This document shows positions 26,980 through 37,604 of a stretch of DNA of 64,000 nt, piece by piece. The DNA is taken from NCBI GenBank assembly GCA_965637545.1, contig OZ281496.1, forward strand, positions 27,156,001 through 27,220,000, written 5' to 3'. The stretch comes from Phallusia mammillata (lineage: Eukaryota). Numbering within the stretch: position 1 is the first letter of the stretch; every line of letters starts with the position of its first letter. Below the pieces are notes generated by a model. The model had not been told where the DNA came from. It did not search any database and was given only the letters and a program-made list of their open reading frames with translations. A program made the position numbers and the translations under genes.

Positions 26980-27886
26980 GGTACCTGAAGGTATATAGGC
27001 CCGGAAGGTAATAAGGCCCACTGCTAATATTTTTTTATGTGCCAGAAAAAATGCTTCCGTTTTGATGTTATTTTAAAATATATTTGTACTCAAAATGATT
27101 TACAAACTTTTGGACCTGAAAGTTATGTGTAATTGTTATCATGACCAATCCAAATAAAGAAGTGTTTATTTTTGACTTTTTATTATTTTTTGTTAAAATT
27201 GGTAACAAAAATGAAAAGATTGTGTTGTCGAAATGAAAACTTATTAGGATACATTAGTAATGGGGTCATTTTAGTTTAGAATACTTAAAATAAATTTTAT
27301 TACGGTTTTGTTTGTCAGCCATTGCTTGCAATAAGGCCCAATGATTTTTTGTCATTTTCTCAAATGTCTTTTATAGTAAAGGCGACTGATATGCGCAAAA
27401 TTTGCTTTTTTGCTTTCTTAGGGAGATAAAAAGTCTGAATAAGATGTTTGTGGAAGTAATCTTTCATTTAATATTTTTGGTTATCAAACGTCAAGGGGTC
27501 GTTTATTCTTTGTTTTAGTACTTTCAGATTAACAGTTATATGTCTTAGTTAACAGTATATATGTAATATGAGTTAATAACGTTGCTTGTTTGAACTTTTA
27601 TTTGACCGAAGCAAAGTATAAATGAGTTTGATTGGTTTCTAGACTATTTTTGAAAACATGAAAATGTTGGGCTTTATTAACAACATAGGTTTGTATTAAA
27701 GGCCCAAGTTTTAATTTTTTTTAAACTGTTATCCTACAAAAACAAAACTTGCAAACGTTTTCAAAATTTAATGGATGTTTAATATCAACCTCTGCAACAA
27801 TCATGCCGAGTTTGGCCTGGAACGGTTAAATGGTTTTTCAGTTATATGCAATAGTTTTTTAACGGGCCTTGTTAGCTGCCGGGACC
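26980..27886. mobile_element. Diverged non-autonomous DNA element between copies A and B (possibly Kolobok-like)
   Basis: Left TTAA|GGTACCTGAAGGTATATAGGCCCG; right end reverse-complemented GTAA|GGTCCCGGCAGCTAACAAGGCCCG. Internal AAGGCCCA repeats in both orientations; AT-rich interior. Confidence 0.35.
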
Positions 27887-27921
27887 TTACTAGATCCGCA
27901 ATCGACAATTTTATTCATAAG

Positions 27922-29903
27922 TTATGGCTTTCTGATGTATGCAATGTTGACGACTCCCATCATTTTCGTTAAATCAGCTCGTGGATAGTATGATTCGTCC
28001 TGCAAAACAAATCAACATTTACCAATCAACGTTTTGCTTTACTAATCAAATTTACAATTTTCCGACATATGACTTTTAGCAAAATTTCAAGTCCAACATT
28101 TCTTATGTGTTCGCTGGCCGTTGCTTTGACTATTTTGCCGCAAACACAGCAGCACGGTAAAAAGGCCATGACTTGCGTAAATACCAATCAAGATTTAAAA
28201 AATGTAACACTTTAACTGTTTTGATGATCTCGTATTCGGTTTTCAACTTTTCAATTTTTTCTTCTAGTGATTTCTTGTATTGCACTGTTGAACCCGGGTT
28301 TGTGTAATCACTGTAACTGAAAACTAGTATGCCGCCTGAGACAAGAAGACCCATCAGCATCTGTAACAACATATCGTGTTTTGTCTCAAACGTTATAATT
28401 TGGTCCCAACGGTAAAGTATGTGGTAGAAACAACAACCAATGCTTCTATGATTGGCGCAATGCAACTTGTTGTCTTTTCTATTATACAGTTTAGGTCTTT
28501 ATCAACAAAACCGGGTAGTTCTCCGCTGTGTTGACTATTCTTGCTGTAGAAATATGTAATGGGGAGACTTTTATTACCTCGAGGCAGTCGTGTGGAATAT
28601 GTCCAAAACTCAGCCCACCGAAGCACGTGATCAAATCATACGAGGATTTTTCTAAGGACAATGGCGTCTCAAGTGAAATCATTTCGTGATACTGAGTTCT
28701 GTCAAAGTAACAAAACATACATCATTGGTTGTTACAAATTCTAAATGGTTGGAATTTGTGTGGTTGTTAGTTGTTGCGTTATTGCTTTCTTACATGTGTT
28801 TCGGTTTATTCATTTCTATTGCCAAACCGCTTTGATATTGTGTTTATATTCGGTTGACGGATGTAACTTCTTACTACCAACCTGGACCAGACTTTTTGTT
28901 ATATATTTGTATTTAGATAAGGCCTTGAAATCGTTTGAACAGTGCTTGCTAATCTTGGAGTGCAGCTTATTTTATTATTGTCTTTCAATTGGTCAGGTAC
29001 TTCAATACATTTGGCCAGATACTAAAACTATTACGTCCACGAACGGTAAAATACTTCAAGACTAGTGCTAACCACATCTCTTGCGAGTGTATAAAACTTC
29101 GATATATAAATAATGCTGTATTTATCCCACCGGTAAACATTCTTGGTCTTGGCAACCTCCAACATTTCGTGGCATCCATCAAGTCCATCAATTGGTCCAA
29201 GCCAGCCTTCGTTTCGTAATGCAACAGCACATCGGCCTGTTCCTGAAAATTTGATTGTGTTAATCTCAATTCCACCAGCATTTGGTTGTGGTCGAACCAT
29301 GTTACAAAGATTTTGTAAATAAATAGAAGGGACACATAGTAAACTGTAAGTATTGCATGGTTGTCAAACCTTGCAAACATGGGAACACTATACACGGACT
29401 TGAAAAGTAATTTAATTATGGACATTACTGCCAAAGAACTGGTGTACAAGCCTGCACTGATGATGACGACAGAGATTGTTGAAACGTATGCATGATGTAT
29501 TCTTTATACACCAGTTATTTGGCAGTAAGTTCATGATTAAACTTGCAAACATGCTTTACCGAAAAGTTTGATTAGTTTCGAAATTCTTCGTAATCAACCT
29601 CTGTTGGAGTTTTGTCAAAACCGCATAGATCCAAGTTTTAGTATTAGCCTAGCCTCGATCACCTGCAGAAAAAAATGCATACTTACCGCAGGCAACGTCC
29701 AAAGCTGTTAGCTCCTCAGTTTCCTTGTCTTTGTATATCTCCATTATACCTTTCGTCATTTGATTAACTGACAAGTTAACACCTGCTTTTTGACCTTCGT
29801 CGAGATGTTTTGCTACTTTGCTGTACACTTCCCGATTGTGTTTTGCTGAATCAGTTAGCTGACTCAACATTTGGTTTATAATGTCTTGTTTATCGTTGTC
29901 CAT
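27922..29903 (-). CDS. METTL27: METTL27/WBSCR27-like SAM methyltransferase, copy B. Exons 29903-29687, 29242-29131, 28698-28578, 28360-about 28215, 27999-27922
   Basis: LTALDVACGTGRCA, IDGLDGCHEMLEVAKTKNVYR, SYDLITCFGGLSFGHIPHDCLE, LLVSGGILVF. Last exon DESYYPRADLTKMMGVVNIAYIRKP* is paralogous to copy A DDFKYLQADLHNLTGDINIAYFRKS*. Confidence 0.8.
29453..29492 (+). ncRNA. Minimal hammerhead ribozyme motif (Penelope-like type) inside a fold-back
   Basis: TGCA-CTGATGA-T-GACGA(CAGAGA)TTGTT-GAAA-CGT-A-TGCA: stem I 4 bp, canonical core, stem II 5 bp, palindromic ACGT stem III, GUA cleavage triplet. Flanked by 22-bp inverted repeats 29425-29446 / 29507-29528 (1 mismatch). Confidence 0.7.
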
Positions 29904-30798
29904 TATGTCCTCGTGTTACTGTTGACAAATGTTAACAAAAAAAAACAAAATTGACAAAATTAGTTTACACACATAATTTCTCAAAACTATCTCATGATGA
30001 CTACATCAGCAACAAAAGAGCTGTTTTAGAGACGATAAAACAAACAACAGCTTACACTAGCAGTTGCGGGCTAACGCCTTAAGGCATAAATTTTAACTCA
30101 GAAACATTTAGTTGAACCGGAGTGCAAGCCTGTAGCTTTAAATGCCGACCATTGTATTGGCTTGGAGCGCTTGTTGGCAAATATTTGCTTTTATGTGCAG
30201 ACAGAGTGGAACTATGTTCTTTCTAGAATGAATATTGACAGCATCAACCCGTTACATTGCAGCGAAAAGCTGTAAGGCTGACATATACATGCAAAAAGAG
30301 AAAAAAACTAAGTCAGTTATCAAAGCTTTTGCAGCAAATCGTTCATCAGGCGTTAAAAATGCAGCACAAATTCAAGTTTTTTAGCAGTTTTGGGAAAACT
30401 CGAATCACCTTTTTCGACGACTTGTATAGACTCGAATGTTAGCAATAAAAGTACTTGAATTGGGCTACTTGCATTAAAAGAAAGAAGCGGAGATGATGGG
30501 TTCTGTTTGGTGTTCTGATTTGACTAAGACTCGACTGATAATGATACCCTGTTTTTTGGCATAATGCAACTCAGGAAACGCTTTTGTCTGACCGCTGTTA
30601 AGCTTCAATTTACACCTGTAAACGTTTTCAAACTAAAGAATTCACGCATGTTACGATCATGATTAATAAAATGAGCATTTATTGCTGAACTTGTTTTTAA
30701 GCAACACAAAAATCCTCAAACGTGAAGTATTGAACTTTTTGGACTTGAAACATTGAAAACATCTGGTTATGTTTATCCGGAATATGAAACTTGGTTTG

Positions 30799-32839
30799 CT
30801 ATGCGTCCTTTTGATAGCACAAAATCTGCTCGTATTCAATACCATGCGAATAGCGTGTGTCATCTTTGACCACGTCGACTCGAACCTGTGAAAAATACAA
30901 AGTTTTTAAATTTCCAAGTCAGGAAATCTAAGGCCGATGAAAAACAAAATAGTTTTTTGATTCAATGTTGTGCGTTACCAATCTCTAGGTAAGAGCATGA
31001 ATCACTGCGCGACATGTGGCAAATTGTTGCCTGATCAGACCTGTATCATCTATTTGAAGTGAGAAACCAGTGTTTGAAGTCGAGTAATTCCAAATTTTTT
31101 TCCTGATGGCCTTTGATCCATTACTTAAATTGTTGTGTTAATTTCACTGCACAAGAGTACTGGCTTTAATTTGAGCAAAGACCTTCAAGTTGTATTACCT
31201 CCTTCACCAGGGTACACTTTCCAAGCAGTTGCTTCATAGTCTTTTCAACAGATTCCTGATATTTGACGTCCGATCCTGGATTTTTGTAGCTACTTACATT
31301 GATAGCCAACAAACCACCGGGTACCAGAATGTCCAGGAGCATCTAAATCATAAACGGAATAAAAATCAGAACATGGCCACGTTGTAAGTGGGTCCGAACT
31401 TTTGCAATGCCAATAAAACAAGGGTATTTCGCTTTGCCTTTGCAACAAGGTATGATGCATTTCTGCAGCTTACCCACACCGATATCTGCCTGTGCGAATG
31501 GAAATTGGACTAAAAACATACTTATTTTTTTTTTAACTTTTGAAGTTTTGCTGTTGGTTGTTTAATCTAAAGTGTCACGTTGAACAAGTTTGAAGTTTGC
31601 TTTTGTGAAATCATTGATGGCAAACCAACCTCAAGACATTGATATGGTAGATGACCAAAACTTAGACCACCTGTACACGTCACCAGATCGTAGCTCGAAT
31701 TTTGTATTGGTAGCGGTGACTCGGCAGAAATCAACTGATGATACAGCGTTCTGCACAACATAGATATTTACGGCACACGCTAATGCATCGTGTGTTTCAA
31801 CTCAAACTACTATTGTTTTTCCCCTCAATATTAACAAAAGGGTATCAGGTGCATCATATGAACACATTCATGCTATAATTACCGGTAAATTCCTTTTGTT
31901 TGAGCAACTTCGAGCATTTCTTTGCACCCGTCTACTCCATCAATCACTCCCAACCATTCAACTTTCCGGAGCGCTTCGCCGCAAAGGCCTGTTCCTGAAC
32001 ATGAGAAAGAACGCTTTACACTTTGTTTGCTTTTTTTAACAAATGCCGTTCCTTGTTAAACAAGATGAAGAAATTGTTGAAATAAGGATGTTTTGGTTTA
32101 GAAAATGGTGGGTTATCGGATTAAACATCTGTATGCAAGTTTATTTTTATGTTCTTTGAATCATGTTCAGTGTTATATTAAAAGCTCAGCTGATGAATAT
32201 TTCTAAACATTGCTTGTGGATCTTTTCCCTGGTACAGCGATTTTTAAATTGTAACAGGTGCCACAAAATATTTCTAGCGACTCTAGACCAACTTTTATCT
32301 CAAGTTTCAACGATTGATGAAAAATGCGCGCGTGTATGCCAAAGCCAGAGCGTCATTTCCTTTCTTATATTATCCACCCATCACAAGGCAGTGGCAACAT
32401 ATGTTTCTTTAACCATCTTTTGTGTTTGTGCTTGCAAAGAATGCTGAGACAATTAACCGTTAAGGTTTAAAATTCACAAATATACATCTAATTCTTTTCA
32501 TCAACGCAACATTGCAACGTTGTTTTTAAGGTTTAAACTTCACTCTTGATGTAAACATCAAGTATTTTTTATCAGTAACATATTGCAGTTACCTTGCAAA
32601 ATAACTGTTACAGTTCCATTACCTGAGCACACGTCTAAGGTGTAGAGATCCTTGGAGTTTCGTCCACTAGCAGAAAAGTACTCTGAAACGGTGTTTGCAA
32701 GAGTAGTCGGAGCCAATAATGACAACGATTTGTAGCTTTTGTCGTAATTGCGCGCAATCTTTCGGTACAAGATCTGGTTTTCTTGAGTTGATTCCGTCAG
32801 AGATTCGAACAAAATATCTATGACTGGGTTCTTGGCCAT
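30799..32839 (-). CDS. METTL27: METTL27/WBSCR27-like SAM methyltransferase, copy C. Exons 32839-32623, 31994-31883, 31750-31630, 31342-31199, 30885-30799
   Basis: LYTLDVCSGTGLCGEALRKVEWLGVIDGVDGCKEMLEVAQTKGIYR, SYDLVTCTGGLSFGHLPYQCLE, LLDILVPGGLLAI; canonical splice sites throughout. Confidence 0.82.
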
Positions 32840-35103
32840 TGTTAACTTTCCCGTTTTGCTGCAGAAACTAAAACAAAACTCGTTAGAAAATGGTTTGTCA
32901 GTGTTCTTCATGGTTTCACAAAACTTAAATATCAAAAGTCACAACTAACGACCAAATCGAACTTAATTTTTTTCTTATCTGTCTTGCAGCTAAACCTAAT
33001 TTGAATACTAATAAGCGTAGCCTATATTTGCATACAAAGCAACATAAGCGTATGCTAAACTTTTAAAAGCAGAGATATTTGGGAATTACAACAGGTAACT
33101 TGGATTTTTATAAACCCGCCCATCTCACTGTGTGTAACTGAATCAAAACACTTCGCAACTTCAAGTGTTTTGCCCGCCCTTTTGTGTCTGTGTTTGTTCG
33201 TATGTAGTAATGGATTGTTGCGCGTGCATTTGTCTTCCTTCCGGGGCTGGAAACCACCCTGCAGAACAATTAAGTGTAACAGAAGAGCATTGTATTTCCA
33301 AATGTTGTTTTAGAGATACTTTACATAATGAATCCGTTTTCTATATTTTCATTGAATAAATTGGAAAATCGCTTTGATATTTGTGTTCATCCTCCAGTTC
33401 GTACAAGGGACTGTCGCTCTGATTGTGCCGAAAAATGAAGGCTCCTTATCGACCTCCAAGCGCAAAATGAGCCGTGAGGAGCATCGTGTGTTGTAGCGAT
33501 TCGGGGAAAGGAAGGAGCAATGCTGTTGCTGCAATGCTCTGTAGAGGAGAAGTGGTATCCTTTGTTCGCCGTTTAGTTTAAAGGTTGTTTACGCCGTTTA
33601 GTTTAAATTTGTCTGATATACGGAAAAGAGATGCAACAAATCTACAACGAACGGTTCCATTTCATCGAATAGATCGAATAATTATCTTAAAAATTCTCAC
33701 TATAATCATTTACAGATCAACTTTCTTTTTCTTCCAGTACCCTCTTCTCCCCTTAAGGCTCTGTTTGTGGTATGTTTCTCTGTTCAATTCTAATTTGTTT
33801 TTTTCCCAATCCCAATGCAGTTTAGTGGGGAAACGACACAATTGTACCAGAACAAGGGTTAAGCCAAAAACAGTTGCGCAATACGTTATGAATGACAGAA
33901 TTAATAGCTGTCAGATGGGTAGTGTTGCATTGCCAGTTGGTCAGGAACTGTCGGCCACTGGTGAATGATAGCAAGGCGCTTTGGATAACAGGCACTTTTG
34001 ACCATTTGGAATAGGCTCAAAACCTGCGAGATTTGACCCGGCTCGATAAGACTCGTTACCTTAAAACTTGACTTGTACGGCTCCATTAACTTGACGTGAT
34101 TCCTAAATCGGATATTGGGTTGTTTGGCAGGTTTATTGATCGACGGGCCAGAGCGTGTCACCCTTTAGATCACAACTTTACAGAAAATTTTGAATTAGGA
34201 CTGCTAGGCAATTCGTTTCTTTTCTTCCAAAAGTCGGAGCGCGTATTGAAAAGTCACCTTCCAATTGTAACTCGCTTTTGTGGGTCGACACATTCACTGC
34301 TTTTGTTGTTTGGCGCTCCTGGGCGGTTCAATCTGATTTGATATCAGTTTCATGTTGTCAAAAAGTAACAGAACTTTCGCGTATTAAGTATCGGATATGC
34401 TTGTGTTGGGAATTCGTGCTGCTGTGGCGAAATAGCAGGAAAGTTATAGGACAATATGTCCACGAATTATGTGTTTTTTACACAAAAGAGATGAAATGTC
34501 CGTGATTTCGTATATGGTCACTTTCGTATGGAGGTTTCTTCCAATGAAGCGTTGAATTTAGCACCCAAGTTTTGAGCAACGAGTTAATGGCCGAATTGAA
34601 CTAGGCCTACATCGTTTAGTTTAGATTTTATGCGAGGCATAGATTTTCTTTTGTGCTTAAACTTTGCGAGCAGAACAGAATGGAAAACATTGACCATTGA
34701 CAACAGAATCTGACAGTAAAAAAACATAAGCTAAACATTCGGCGGTAACATGTCGTAGTTTCGTAGAATGTAATCAACTCTCTTATTACGGGATATTAAA
34801 TGTGCACTATATGCCAGCATCACTCGTCGCCTTGGTAATACATAGATCTGAAAGCCTTAAAACTCCCACGAAGCGGTGATACTAAACTAACACAGTATCG
34901 GCGATCGTGTTTACACAATCATTATCCTTAGCGTTTGCAGCCTTTTGTTGCTGTGTTGTGTATGTTTGAGGCGGAGAAAGAAACGCCGGTAGTATAGGCC
35001 TTTGCCTCTGTACGTTGCACTGATACACTGATAAAGATATTGACGTTTGCTTGCTGTGAACATGGATTAGATTTGCTGGTGTTTCCGAAGAAGCATTTTC
35101 AGT

Positions 35104-36612
35104 ATGTGCCGCTGGGGATGTGTGTATAACGATACGGTAAGTTTTGTTTTATAGTCTGTCCGTCTTTAGTGTTACTGAGTTTGAACGTCAAAAGTAAATT
35201 TGCGTCATTTAGGTATTTGAACAAGGCCATGATTTCCCCCCTACTGAGAAGTTTGTGTGAAATCAAGAGTTAATGAAACGGAAACCTTGTCAAATTCGTT
35301 CCACTAAGTTTACATGCAAATAGGTCTATGCATGTTATAGCTACAAAACACTGCAAATGTGGATGTCTTATAGCTATATACAAACACTATGCTGCGACTA
35401 TTTCTGATAGAACTGATACTTTACTGGTATCAATAGTGCTTGGTTGAATTAAAGAATATACAAAAGATACTTACAATGAACAGAACGATGCTGAGTTTGA
35501 GTACTTGAAAATATACGATCCAGTTGATTATTAAGATATAGAATAGCCTACCCACGCTGTAGTTTTTGAGCTAACGGTTAAAACTCGCTAAAAACGACCA
35601 CTAAGCGTACACAATTAAATATTTTAATTAAAACATGAACATAACTTCCTGCTATAAAAGCAGCAAATTAAATTTATTTAATGGTTAGGCTACAGACATT
35701 TCCTGTTAAGTCATACCTCGCATTCATTTGTGGTTCATTGTTAGCCTATTAGCCTACCCGCGTTTTTTTGCCTTACGGTAGACAACTTAACGAACCTTAA
35801 TTGATTTGAACTGTTGATAAAATAATATTTAACTTAAAATTCTCTAATACTAAACCAAACCCGGCCCGAAAAGATGCGTCAAAACCGATTGATTGAAATT
35901 TGCTTTGTAAAACATGCTTTTGACCGTTTTCAGACCTATATGTGTCGGTTCTGTGGTACCCGTTTCTGCAACGATTGTTTGAAGGGGGAATTTGTTGGTT
36001 TGATGGTCGAAACAGCTCATTGCAAAAGATGTAACCAGGTGGGTATGAGAAACTGACCTAATCACAGGCCTGCATCAGTCGGCTTCTTTTCTGCCTATGT
36101 TCCATCTCTGCTCTCGGCAATACTTTATCACATATTTTCTTGGTAAAAATTATACAAATTGTAGCCTCAATTTGTTAAGAAAATTGTTATCGACTTGATG
36201 AAACTTTGCGAAAAAGAATCTTACGAACATTGTGTGTTTTAAATGTATGGAATGTCCAAGTGTTCCTACGTTATCTTTTCGACTTGATCTGGTATTGCAT
36301 TGATAACGAAATTATGTATTTAGAAAGACTTCTGGTCGTGAGGACATTGGCTGTTACCTTAAAACCAGATGCTTGAAAAACAGTGTAAAATATCTCAGTC
36401 TTAAAGGGATGTCCGCATGTATGTTTCAGATACAATGTCTCGGCAAACGAGTGGAGTTCGTGCCAGGAAAGGGGCCTTCCGCTGAGATGAAGGAAAAATA
36501 TGCCGCCTGGAAAGAGAAACAAGGAAAAAAGAAAGGCGGTAAAAAGAAGGGAGGGAAGAAAGGGAAAAAGAAGGGCAAAAAGGGAGGAAAAAAGAAGAAA
36601 AAGAAACGTTAA
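35104..36612 (+). CDS. Unassigned 106-aa protein with a Cys-rich N-terminal half and a Gly/Lys-rich tail. Exons 35104-35136, 35934-36038, 36430-36612
   Basis: An in-frame TAG lies upstream of the ATG. Two phase-0 GT-AG introns give MCRWGCVYNDTTYMCRFCGTRFCNDCLKGEFVGLMVETAHCKRCNQIQCLGKRVEFVPGKGPSAEMKEKYAAWKEKQGKKKGGKKKGGKKGKKKGKKGGKKKKKKR*. Confidence 0.75.
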
Positions 36613-37604
36613 AGAGGATATGTTACTTCCTGCTCAATTCAAAACATATTTTGTCACGTGCAATTGTTTTTATTCCATTTTAATTGAGTCAACCAAGCAA
36701 TTGTGTCCCAGAAAACCACAAAACTTCATGATGGATATAGTTTTTCTGGTGCTGTTTTTTGGAACTATGCTTTCAGTTCGTATTGAAAACGAAGCTGCCT
36801 TCTGAGTTCGACTGTACAATCAAATTTCAAAAAGTTTTTCCACACGTTGCAGATTGCTTTTTGCTTCTGCAAAGAAACCGACGGATCTAGTAGCTCTTGA
36901 TAAGTTCGATTGTAAACCACACTCCTATGTTTTAAGTGGTTAATTGATAGAAGCTACTGCTAGACTGTTGCACACCAGTGATATTGTGTATCATTGCGTA
37001 TTGTTGTGGTTGCGTATAGTTCCCTTTTTTATGTCATTTATTTTTGCGCTTAGAGATTTAACACTGTGAACATTTATTACTGTATTAGATAATTACTTCA
37101 GATTTAAATAAAGTCAAATCTACAACCAGTTGCTGGACAAGTCTTAACACTTCAAAGTCTCTACTCTTCTTACGATTCAGGCACATTTGACACACAATGA
37201 TATCTATTAATGATTTATATCATTTGGCGAGTGGGATTGTTGGAAAATCGCGTAAACACGGCAAAAACTGGTACAGATACTTTTGGCAGGGTTTGCAAAA
37301 AAGAGACCTAGTGGTAACGCATAACAGTTTCAAATTCTACTCATGGTTAGCTGGTTAGCAGTAAACCAGATATCCAAGTTATAAAAAGGAATTCAAGACC
37401 ACTGTTTCAATGCGCTTAATGCATTACGAGGGGTTATAAGCGATTCAAGTATAAACCAGTTCAAGAAACAAGCTTTAACCAAAGTAAAAGCTTGTCAAGA
37501 CTTGATTGCGAATCGCCACACGCAACGCTAAAAACCATACAGGATTCCTGATTGGCACCTCTCTTGGCGCTTGACATCCACTTGACATTAAAAAATCCAA
37601 CTTT

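Noticed and set aside
33435-33563. Perfect GTATCCTTT (U12 donor) at 33555 after a short frame with an in-frame TGA (selenoprotein idea)
   Set aside because: No convincing U12 branch site and acceptor downstream, no SECIS, no homology; one such motif in 64 kb can occur by chance
33165-34505. Cluster of 60-127-aa ORFs on both strands
   Set aside because: No frame or exon combination gave a recognisable protein
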